Origin: a virus
DNA length: 64,000 bases
Strand: one strand, 5' to 3'
IMG/VR virus record: IMGVR_UViG_3300047157_000105
Coordinates: 64,001-128,000 of that record
Numbering within the stretch: the stretch's first letter is position 1; each line of letters starts with the position of its first letter. This document shows, piece by piece, positions 55,822 to 64,000 of this stretch. The position numbers were made by a program, and so were the translations under genes. A model generated the notes under the pieces. It saw only the letters and a list, made by a program, of their open reading frames with translations. It ran no database searches and was not told where the DNA came from.

Positions 55822-56537
55822 GTACATTAAAATTAAGCGGTGTAACAAGTGGTTCAAGTATAATTAAAGCTCCTGACTCAGGATCTACTGGTGTTACATT
55901 TACATTACCAGCAAGTGCAGGAACATTAGCAAAGACTACAGATATAACAGGTGGGGCAAATGGTGTTGATTTTAACGATAATGTTAAGGCTAGATTTGGT
56001 ACTGGTAACGACTTAGAAATATATCACGATGGTTCTAATAGTTATATTGATGATACAGGAACTGGCGATTTAAGAATTAAAGGTGCTAATGATTTATTAA
56101 TACAATCGTCAACAGGCGAAAATATGATTAAGTGTGTTAAAGATGCACAAGTAAATCTATACTACGACAATGTAAAAAAATTTAATACAACTGCTACTGG
56201 TATTACTATTGCTGGTGATGTGGATGGTGCTGATAATTTGGTTGAGCAGGTGGCTTCAGGTTCTACGGCAGCATTATCACACGATGGTACAGCATCAGCT
56301 ACTGTATATACAGTCACAGGCACACATAGTACATATTTAGTTACTGCATCAGCAAATAGTTCTATAACTAATGTAGTTGCGCTTGTTAGTATAGGAACTT
56401 CTACAAGCACTATGAGAATTACTAATTTAAGTGGTTCTTACAACACAACGGTAACAGGCTCAGGCTCTAATATTCAAGTAACGTGTGGATTTGGTTCAAG
56501 CCTTGTTTACCAATATAGAGTAATTCAATTAAGATAG
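55818..56537 (+). CDS. fibre-associated protein
   Basis: Start 55818 (ATGA overlap); FGTGNDLEIYHDGSNSYI repeat. Confidence 0.65.
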   Translation: MSTLKLSGVTSGSSIIKAPDSGSTGVTFTLPASAGTLAKTTDITGGANGVDFNDNVKARFGTGNDLEIYHDGSNSYIDDTGTGDLRIKGANDLLIQSSTGENMIKCVKDAQVNLYYDNVKKFNTTATGITIAGDVDGADNLVEQVASGSTAALSHDGTASATVYTVTGTHSTYLVTASANSSITNVVALVSIGTSTSTMRITNLSGSYNTTVTGSGSNIQVTCGFGSSLVYQYRVIQLR

Positions 56538-56549
56538 GAAATTATTATT

Positions 56550-56828
56550 ATGACTACAAAAATTTATCCATTAAACGATACAGAATATCAAAGTATAACA
56601 GAATCTGAAAATGGAAACACGTACGAAGTTGTCACTGCTATTCCTGAAGGGGCTACTGTTTTTAGTAGTCTTGCAGATTACACAGCAAAAACTCAATATT
56701 CAAGATTACGCAAAGCTAAATACGATCTACTTAATCAAGATGAGATGCGGTACGATGATTTAGTAAATGGGACAACAACGTGGAAAGATGCTATCGCATC
56801 AATTAAAAATGAGTTTCCAAAACCATAG
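56550..56828 (+). CDS. tail fibre assembly-like small protein
   Basis: YSRLRKAKY...WKDAIASIKNEFPKP. Confidence 0.6.
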   Translation: MTTKIYPLNDTEYQSITESENGNTYEVVTAIPEGATVFSSLADYTAKTQYSRLRKAKYDLLNQDEMRYDDLVNGTTTWKDAIASIKNEFPKP

Positions 56829-56837
56829 GAGTAATAA

Positions 56838-58277
56838 ATGGCAATAGTATTTGATTCAGACGCAGGCACAATAACAGGAATATCAGTTGGTGGTTTACCT
56901 GATGGAGTAGTAGATGCTGGAACACTAGCTACTGACTCAGTAACCGCAGCTAAGATTGCAGCGAATGCTGTAGTAACTGGGAAGATTGCAGATGATGCAG
57001 TAGATTTTGTAACAATAAGAAATGATATAGCAAGCTTAGCATTGCATTCAGCAGTAGCAGATAACAAAGCTGCTTACAATCTTCCTAACTCTTTTATAGA
57101 TCAATTTGAAAATGATACGGGGCTTGCTACACAAACAGATGTCAATAGAAATGCTAGTGAATATGTAATTCCAGTAGCAACTTCAGCAGCAGCAGCTTTT
57201 ACAAGTGATTCAAATACTTTAGCATTATTGCATTTTGATGGAGGTAATAATTCAACAACAATTACAGATAGTTCTTCACACAGTAGAACTATAACTAGAA
57301 CTGTAACTGAAGGAGCTCGCCCAAAACTAGATACAGGTGAAAAGAAATTTGGAACAGCTGCTTGTCAATTTGGTTCTGTAACAGCTACTTATGGTACACA
57401 CGGAAATGCTTTATCAATGGGAGATAGTTCTCATTGGAATTTTAGTACTAACGAATTTACATTTGAAACTTGGATATACCCTTATTCAGGTCAACTCACT
57501 GCTGCTGCCAATGATTGGCCGATGGAATTAGGAGGACAAGCTACTTCAAATACTTCAGATAGTAGTGGAGGAATGCATTGGACTGTATTGCAGAATGGCA
57601 AAGTACAATTTAACTGTTATAGGAGAAATGGTTCTAGTAGTGGAGATGATTTTACATTTACTAGCTCAGGCTCTATTTCTGAAGGTGAATGGTCTCATGT
57701 TGCAATTACAAGAGATGGTAATGTATTAAGACATTATATAAATGGTGTAGCAAGTGGTTCACATACACTATCTACTGTTTCGGGAGGATATCACCTTCAT
57801 GTTACTGATTTTGGTGGTGATTTTTGGATAAGTAGAAGAGCTTATAATAGTAATTATGGTTATATTGGTGGGCTGCTTGATGAATATAGACTATCAAATA
57901 CTTGTCGTTATCCGAACGGAACAACTTTTACTCCAAACACAACACAAACAATAGGTGCAACTGGAACATTAATATCAACAGTACAAACTGCTAGTTCTGC
58001 TCAAACAAAAGTAAGTGGAGTTATTCTTTATAAAAATAATGCAGGCACAGCAACACTAGGAACAGATTTAAAAGTTTATTTTACTTGTAATAATGGGACT
58101 AATTGGACTGAAAGTACACCAGTAGCATCTGGAACATTTAGTACTGGAATCTTAATGGCAAAATGTCCTGAGGTAACTTGTACAAGTGGAACTGATGTTA
58201 GGTATAAAGTTGTATGGGCAAATCAATCAGCAGGTTCTAAAGAAACACAACTTCATGGCATAGCAATGAATTATTAA
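56838..58277 (+). CDS. LamG/concanavalin A-like lectin domain fibre protein
   Basis: LLHFDG, FTFETWIY, WSHVAITR and GLLDEYRLS. Confidence 0.8.
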   Translation: MAIVFDSDAGTITGISVGGLPDGVVDAGTLATDSVTAAKIAANAVVTGKIADDAVDFVTIRNDIASLALHSAVADNKAAYNLPNSFIDQFENDTGLATQTDVNRNASEYVIPVATSAAAAFTSDSNTLALLHFDGGNNSTTITDSSSHSRTITRTVTEGARPKLDTGEKKFGTAACQFGSVTATYGTHGNALSMGDSSHWNFSTNEFTFETWIYPYSGQLTAAANDWPMELGGQATSNTSDSSGGMHWTVLQNGKVQFNCYRRNGSSSGDDFTFTSSGSISEGEWSHVAITRDGNVLRHYINGVASGSHTLSTVSGGYHLHVTDFGGDFWISRRAYNSNYGYIGGLLDEYRLSNTCRYPNGTTFTPNTTQTIGATGTLISTVQTASSAQTKVSGVILYKNNAGTATLGTDLKVYFTCNNGTNWTESTPVASGTFSTGILMAKCPEVTCTSGTDVRYKVVWANQSAGSKETQLHGIAMNY

Positions 58278-58288
58278 AGGAGTTATAG

Positions 58289-59068
58289 ATGAGTGATATA
58301 AAAATACAACCGAGTGCAACAGGATCAGCAACAGTAACACTAACTGCACCTGCTACAGGTACAGCACGTACTGTTACATTACCTGATGGAACAGGTAGTC
58401 TTATTGCTGATAACGGTAGCGGTAGCGTAGGTATAGGCACAAGCAGCCCAGCTAGACCATTAGAAGTTAAAGACAGCTCTGACCAGGCCAATATAAGATT
58501 ACAAGGATCTGTAGGATACTGTGATTTAAGTGGTAATGGCGGCAATGGCTCAGATTTTGTAGTTCTTACAGAAGGAACAGAAAAATTTAGAGTTAAAGAA
58601 TCAGGTGGAGTTAGAGCAACTGATGGAATATTATTTGGCACAGACACAGCAGCAGCCAATGCTTTAGACGATTATGAGGAAGGCACTTGGACTCCTGTAC
58701 TTACTGATTTAACTAATAACGCAACTATGCATTCTCTTAATGCTGGTGTTTATACAAAGATTGGGCGAGTAGTTCATTGTACAGCAAATGTTAGAACTAC
58801 AAGTTTAGGTTCTGTTTCAGGAAACTTATATCTTTCAGGATTTCCATTTTCCACACCAAATACAAATGGTAATCACGGAGCTGGTTCAGTAGCAAATGCA
58901 GAAAATATGTCTATAACTGCTGGTCACGCTATAACTTTATATTATGGTAAAAATAGTAATAGTGCTCGTTTTGATATTTATGACCACTCTGGGGGAGTTA
59001 CTGTATTGCAAGCTAGTGAATGGACATCTGATGGTCAAGCAACAATTCAGGTTACATATTCAACTTAA
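58289..59068 (+). CDS. tail fibre-like protein
   Basis: VGIGTSSP, ALDDYEEGTWTP and YTKIGRVV. Confidence 0.7.
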   Translation: MSDIKIQPSATGSATVTLTAPATGTARTVTLPDGTGSLIADNGSGSVGIGTSSPARPLEVKDSSDQANIRLQGSVGYCDLSGNGGNGSDFVVLTEGTEKFRVKESGGVRATDGILFGTDTAAANALDDYEEGTWTPVLTDLTNNATMHSLNAGVYTKIGRVVHCTANVRTTSLGSVSGNLYLSGFPFSTPNTNGNHGAGSVANAENMSITAGHAITLYYGKNSNSARFDIYDHSGGVTVLQASEWTSDGQATIQVTYST

Positions 59069-59089
59069 TTATTAATAACAGGATAACAT

Positions 59090-60760
59090 ATGAGTAACAC
59101 AAGAAATTTAGCAGACTTATTAGATAGTGGTGGTGACATTAAGTCATCAGCTTTAGATAATGTACCAGCTACAGATATATCAGGTAAGTTAAATTTAACT
59201 GGTGGTACACTAACTGGTACACTCACCATGGAATCTACAGATGCAGGAAATTCAGCTGCACCTGAACTAATACTATATAGAAATAGTGCAAGCCCTGCTA
59301 ATGGAGATTACTTAGGGCAAGTTCAGTTTAAAGGTGAAAACGCTAATGGTGCACAAGAGATATATGCTAAGGTTACTGGTAAAATTTCAGATCCAACACA
59401 TAACTCAGAAGATGGTTTAATTGAAACTGCAATTAAAGGTGATGGTTCTTTCACAATTGTTAGTAGACAAAAATCAGATGAATTACAACTTTTAAATGGT
59501 GTTAACTTAAATGTAGATGGTAATATTGTTGTAGGTGGTACGGTTGATGGAGTAGATATACAAACTCTAAATACTACTGCGGGTGCAGCTCTACCTAAAG
59601 CTGGTGGCACTATGACAAACAACTTAACTCTAGCAGATAGTGTCAGGTTAAATGTTGGAACTAGTGCTGACTTAAAAATACATCACACAAGTGGTAATAG
59701 TTTTATTGAAGATTCTGGTACAGGTCAATTATTTATAAAAGCATCAGCAATTGATTTTCAAAATGCTGGTGGTACTGAAAGTCTGGCTCAAATGGTAGTA
59801 GATGGTGCAGTAAATTTATTTTACAATGGCACTAAGAAACTTGAAACAACTTCTGCTGGAATTACTGCACAAGGTAGATTAGAAATACAAACACCAAATG
59901 ATGGTAATACACATTTAGTACAAAGAATGGGTAGTACAGCTGGTTCTTATGGATATGTAGATCTTGAATTAGTCAGTCCAAACAGCACAGCTGCCGGTTT
60001 ACCAAGATTAGATTTGCAAATTGGAAATACCACAGTTGCTTCTTTTTTAAGAGGTGGTGGTATGACGGTAACAGGCACTACCAGAATGAATGGTCCAGGA
60101 CAAACTGGTGGACCAGCTTCATCAGGCACAACGCAAGTAAACACAGTTGCAGAGTTTTCAGGTGCTGGAAATGGAAGGCTTTATATTGGTACTGATACTT
60201 CTAGTAATCGTATGTGGTTTCAGAACTCTAATCCGGGTTCTTTAGATATTGGTTATGATATACATTTTCAACCAAATGGTGGATTTGTTAAAATTGCAAA
60301 CTTTTCTGCAACAGGTGCTTCAGCTGGTGCTGATTTTAATAGTGAAGGAAAACTTACTATAAGTGCTAATACATCTAGCTCAAAAAATCTAATTGGTTTT
60401 TATAATACTAATGTAAATGTTGGTAATATTATAGCTTCGGGTAGTTCTACTTCTTATAGCACTTCTTCAGACTATAGACTTAAAGAGAATGTTGAAGATA
60501 TGGCAAATGCTACAACAAGACTTAAACAATTAAAACCAAAAAGATTTAATTTTATAGCTGACGATACTAATACATTAGTAGATGGTTTTATAGCACACGA
60601 AGTATCAACCATTGTACCTGAAGCTATTAGTGGTACTAAAGATGAAGTTGATGATGATGGAAATGCTATACATCAAGGCATAGACCAAGCAAAACTTGTA
60701 CCTTTATTAGTTAAAACAATTCAAGAGCTTGAAGCAAGAATAACAACATTGGAAGCATAG
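59090..60760 (+). CDS. tail fibre with C-terminal peptidase S74 intramolecular chaperone
   Basis: SDYRLKENV, GFIAHEV and LVPLLVKTIQEL. Confidence 0.85.
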   Translation: MSNTRNLADLLDSGGDIKSSALDNVPATDISGKLNLTGGTLTGTLTMESTDAGNSAAPELILYRNSASPANGDYLGQVQFKGENANGAQEIYAKVTGKISDPTHNSEDGLIETAIKGDGSFTIVSRQKSDELQLLNGVNLNVDGNIVVGGTVDGVDIQTLNTTAGAALPKAGGTMTNNLTLADSVRLNVGTSADLKIHHTSGNSFIEDSGTGQLFIKASAIDFQNAGGTESLAQMVVDGAVNLFYNGTKKLETTSAGITAQGRLEIQTPNDGNTHLVQRMGSTAGSYGYVDLELVSPNSTAAGLPRLDLQIGNTTVASFLRGGGMTVTGTTRMNGPGQTGGPASSGTTQVNTVAEFSGAGNGRLYIGTDTSSNRMWFQNSNPGSLDIGYDIHFQPNGGFVKIANFSATGASAGADFNSEGKLTISANTSSSKNLIGFYNTNVNVGNIIASGSSTSYSTSSDYRLKENVEDMANATTRLKQLKPKRFNFIADDTNTLVDGFIAHEVSTIVPEAISGTKDEVDDDGNAIHQGIDQAKLVPLLVKTIQELEARITTLEA

Positions 60761-60769
60761 GAGATATAA

Positions 60770-61702
60770 ATGGGTAAGGCAAGAAATTTATCGGTATTAT
60801 TAGCAGCAGACGGGCAAGTCGAAGATGCTAAACTTGACGGACTGACATCTAGTAAATTATCTGGAGCTTTACCTGCAATCTCAGGTGCGAGTCTAACTAA
60901 CTTACCTATTGTTTCAGCATTATCTGCAGGAACTGGTATAAGCATAAGTGGTGGCGGTGAGATCTCAGTAAGTTCAGTGGCATTAACTACTGTACAGACT
61001 GCATCAAGCCAAAGTGCTCATCTTGCTCTAACAACACAAGAGGGTGACATTGTTGTAAGATCAGATGAGAATAAGTCGTATGTACGTAATAGTGGAACTG
61101 CTGGTACAATGGCAGACTTCACTTTACTTGCCACTCCGACAGATGCTGTACTCAGTGTAAATGGCAACACAGGAGCAATCACAGCAGCTCAAATCGCGAC
61201 AGCGGTTGAGGCAGCAACTGATTCTAATACATTTACCGATGCAGATCATAGTAAATTAAATGCTATTGCTGCAAGTGCAAATAACTATGTGCATCCTAAC
61301 CATAGTGGTGAGGTTACATCTACAGCGGATGGAGCAACAGTTATTGCAGACAATGTAGTAGATGAAGCGAATTTAAAAATATCAAATTCACCAACAAATG
61401 GATATGTGTTAACCGCCCAATCAGGAAATACAGGTGGTTTAACATGGGCGCAAGTAGATGCTTTACCATCACAGTCAAGTAATAGTGGTAAATTTTTAAC
61501 AACAAATGGTACAGCGGCAAGCTGGGCAGTATTAGATACAGATGCTAACTCAACATCAAAGGGGTTATACGAACACGCAAATACAATTAGTGCAAACTAT
61601 GCTATAACATCCGGCAACAATGCATTAACCGCTGGACCGATTAGTATAAATAGTGGTATAACAGTTACTATTCCAAGTGGAAGTACATGGGTAATATCAT
61701 AG
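60770..61702 (+). CDS. fibre-associated protein
   Basis: VLSVNGNTG; C-terminal GPIS...GSTWVIS. Confidence 0.65.
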   Translation: MGKARNLSVLLAADGQVEDAKLDGLTSSKLSGALPAISGASLTNLPIVSALSAGTGISISGGGEISVSSVALTTVQTASSQSAHLALTTQEGDIVVRSDENKSYVRNSGTAGTMADFTLLATPTDAVLSVNGNTGAITAAQIATAVEAATDSNTFTDADHSKLNAIAASANNYVHPNHSGEVTSTADGATVIADNVVDEANLKISNSPTNGYVLTAQSGNTGGLTWAQVDALPSQSSNSGKFLTTNGTAASWAVLDTDANSTSKGLYEHANTISANYAITSGNNALTAGPISINSGITVTIPSGSTWVIS

Positions 61703-61709
61703 GAGATAC

Positions 61710-62861
61710 ATGAGTAAAATAAAATTAACAGGACATGCATCGGGATCAGGAGTTTTAACAATTGCTGCACCCAATACTGACTCTGATAGAACGATAACAT
61801 TACCTGATGTTACAGGTACTCTACTCGATAGTGGTAGTGACTTGCCTGCAGCTAACTTAACAGGTACAGTTGCTGATGCACGTATTAGTGCATTAACAGC
61901 AAGTAAATTGACAGGTGCTTTACCGGCAATTAGTGGTGCTAATTTAACAGGTCTTCCTAATTCATTTTCTGGATTAACAGATACAACAGTGTCTACAAAT
62001 GATCCAACTTCTAGTACTAATCCATCAGCAACTGGACATATTTGGATTAATAAAACATCAGGTGAATCTTATGTTTGTACAGATGCAACTTCTGGTGCTA
62101 ATATTTGGATTAATATAGGTGGAGGAAGTGGAGATGTACGACCATTCACAGCTACTGGTGGCACTATAACTACAGATGGAAATTTTAAAGTACACACATT
62201 TACTTCTTCTGGAAATTTTAATATTAGTGTTTTAGGAGCGTCTCCTGTAGTTGAGTATCTCATAGTTGCTGGTGGAGGTGCTGCTGGAGGTTCACAAGGT
62301 TATGGTTGGTCAGGTGGAGGCGGAGGCGCTGGTGGTTTATTAACAGCAACTAATCATAGTGTATCAGCATCAAATTACACTATTACTGTTGGTGGTGGTG
62401 GTAGTGCTAACAACACTGGTAGTGGTGGTGATGGAGGTAATTCTTCTGCCTTCGGTCAAACAGCTATTGGCGGCGGTGGCGGCGGTCCTGGTAATTGGCC
62501 AGGCGGCGGAGGCAATGGTGGCAGCGGAGGCTCAGGTGGCGGAGGTGGTCAAGGAGCAACTGTTACATCTGGTGGTTCTGGTACTTCTGGCCAAGGAAAT
62601 GCTGGTAGCGGTTCAAGAATAGCATCAGGTGGCGGCTATGCTCCTGGCGGCGGCGGTGGAGCTGGAGGCGCTGGTGGTTACAGTACTGGTGGTGCTGGTG
62701 CAGTTAATGATATTACAGGCTCTAATGTTACATATGCAGCTGGAGGTGCAGGAGCTACAAATGTTGCAGCAACAGCAAATACTGGTAATGGTGGAAATTC
62801 AAATGGTGCCAGCCCTCATGCTGGAGCATCAGGAGTAGTAATAGTGAGGTATCAATTATGA
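61710..62861 (+). CDS. glycine-rich domain fibre protein
   Basis: VHTFTSSG, EYLIVAGGG, poly-Gly and SGVVIVRY. Confidence 0.75.
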   Translation: MSKIKLTGHASGSGVLTIAAPNTDSDRTITLPDVTGTLLDSGSDLPAANLTGTVADARISALTASKLTGALPAISGANLTGLPNSFSGLTDTTVSTNDPTSSTNPSATGHIWINKTSGESYVCTDATSGANIWINIGGGSGDVRPFTATGGTITTDGNFKVHTFTSSGNFNISVLGASPVVEYLIVAGGGAAGGSQGYGWSGGGGGAGGLLTATNHSVSASNYTITVGGGGSANNTGSGGDGGNSSAFGQTAIGGGGGGPGNWPGGGGNGGSGGSGGGGGQGATVTSGGSGTSGQGNAGSGSRIASGGGYAPGGGGGAGGAGGYSTGGAGAVNDITGSNVTYAAGGAGATNVAATANTGNGGNSNGASPHAGASGVVIVRYQL

Positions 62862-63178
62862 GCCATTTTGCAAAAATTAATAGTGATAATGTTGTGGTTA
62901 AAGTAATAGCTGCAGAGTCAGAGTTTTTTGATACATTTATAGATAGTAGCCCAGGAGAGTGGATTCAAACTTCATACACTGGGTCTATTAGAAAAAATTA
63001 TGCGTTTATTGGTGGAACATACGATAAAACTCGTGATGCTTTTATTCCACCTAAAACTTTTGCATCTTGGGTATTAGATGAATCTACTTGTCAATGGAAA
63101 GCACCAACAGATTATCCAGATGATGATAAAGATTACTATTGGGATGAAGATACAACTAGCTGGAAGGAGATAACTTAA
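62858..63178 (+). CDS. small partner of the glycine-rich fibre protein
   Basis: MSHFAK, WIQTSY...RKNYA and DAFIPPK. Confidence 0.7.
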   Translation: MSHFAKINSDNVVVKVIAAESEFFDTFIDSSPGEWIQTSYTGSIRKNYAFIGGTYDKTRDAFIPPKTFASWVLDESTCQWKAPTDYPDDDKDYYWDEDTTSWKEIT

Positions 63179-63912
63179 TGAGTTCAATAGCAAGTAATTC
63201 AGAAGATCTAATACTAAATGCCGATGGCGGATCTTCTACAGTTAAATTTAAAATTGACGGTACTGAGAAAGCAAGTATCAGTTCTGCTGGTGCGTTTACT
63301 TCTACTACTATTGATGCAACCAAGCTGACAGGTAATCTTCCAGCTATCTCAGCTGCCAGTTTAACTAATATTCCAGCAGCTAATATTACAGGAACACTGC
63401 CAGCTATTAGTGGTGCTAGTCTTACTAACCTTCCAGAACAAGGAATTACTGAAGCTGATATGTGGAGAATGCACACACAAACAACTGGTGATTTAATACC
63501 TATAACATCTAACTTAGAAAGAGTTGATACAGATTCCTTTGAAAAAATAGGTACTGGTATGACACAATCAAGTGGAATATTTACTTTTCCATCAACAGGT
63601 AAATGGCTTATTCAGTTTCAAGCTGCGTATTATATGGACACAAGCAGCACTTCTCGTTATTGTAGGTCAAAAATTGAAGTAACAACGGATAATTCTAGTT
63701 ATTCAGCTGCCTCTTTGTCAACTTGTTGGATGGAGTACATTGCTCCTCAAACAGATGCTAGTACCTTTTGTCAATGTATTTTTGATGTAACAAATGTGTC
63801 GACACATAAAGTTAAATTTCTTATGGATGTTTTTAATACAGCTACAACTTGTTGGGGTGATACTAATTCAAATCATGTTGCTATGACATTTATTAAATTA
63901 GGAGATACTTAA
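63178..63912 (+). CDS. fibre-associated protein (C1q-like C-terminus)
   Basis: LPAISGASLT repeats; SGIFTFPSTGKW; FIKLGDT. Confidence 0.65.
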   Translation: MSSIASNSEDLILNADGGSSTVKFKIDGTEKASISSAGAFTSTTIDATKLTGNLPAISAASLTNIPAANITGTLPAISGASLTNLPEQGITEADMWRMHTQTTGDLIPITSNLERVDTDSFEKIGTGMTQSSGIFTFPSTGKWLIQFQAAYYMDTSSTSRYCRSKIEVTTDNSSYSAASLSTCWMEYIAPQTDASTFCQCIFDVTNVSTHKVKFLMDVFNTATTCWGDTNSNHVAMTFIKLGDT

Positions 63913-64000
63913 TGACTTATACTTTGGAAAATTATTTAGCAAAATTACACAAAGGTCAATGGTTTGGCTGGAGTGATAGCAAAAATAAAATCTACGCTAA
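63912..64000 (+). CDS. 3'-truncated hypothetical protein
   Basis: MTYTLENYLAKLHKGQWFGW... runs off the window. Confidence 0.55.
   Translation, partial: MTYTLENYLAKLHKGQWFGWSDSKNKIYA

Noticed and set aside
62270-62700. GC-rich low-complexity tract as foreign DNA or a repeat element
   Set aside because: Explained by poly-Gly codons of the glycine-rich fibre domain.
50694-63476. Long antisense ORFs in the fibre region (e.g. 52195..52893, 50694..51254) and similar ones elsewhere
   Set aside because: They are shadow frames of Thr/Ala/Gly-rich sense genes, with no RBS, promoter or recognisable motifs.
50173-64000. Diversity-generating retroelement or invertible tail-fibre cassette
   Set aside because: No reverse transcriptase or invertase, and no near-identical template/variable repeat pair seen; the repeats are diverged at protein level.
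1-64000. CRISPR array, rRNA, standard tRNAs, integrase or transposase
   Set aside because: No regularly spaced repeats or recognisable sequences were found by eye.

Overview
AT-rich 64-kb segment of a large T4-like (Tevenvirinae-type) myophage, probably marine. The host is plausibly a gammaproteobacterium, inferred weakly from host-like IscA, porin and small membrane protein genes. From left to right: (1) an AEP-type primase and a DNA base-modification operon (DUF1599/Nmad1, a gp42-type dCMP hydroxymethylase, an aGPT-Pplase/5-HMUDK-like protein, a PLP enzyme and an SGNH-like protein); (2) uvsX, gp41 helicase, dCMP deaminase, a DfrB-like microgene and a MazG-like gene; (3) a late operon of proteins carrying T4-style capsid-targeting/gp21-cleavage leaders; (4) nrdA, then an island with a structured RNA candidate, a circularly permuted tmRNA, iscA and a denV-like gene, then nrdB, glutaredoxin, denA-like, rnh and an exonuclease; (5) small early genes, a porin, gp33, gp59 and gp32; (6) a minus-strand tail block (gp4, gp2, gp54, gp26, a gp51-like ORF reachable by -1 frameshift, tape measure); (7) a plus-strand baseplate block (gp48, 53, 27-like, 5, 25, 6, 7-like, 8, VrlC-like) and a long modular fibre array. 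Three promoter classes are visible. The most notable items are a candidate cytosine hypermodification pathway built from thymidine-hypermodification enzyme families, a two-piece tmRNA, a lambda G/GT-like frameshift before the tape measure, and a virion-packaged enzyme kit. All annotations come from motif recognition; no searches were run.
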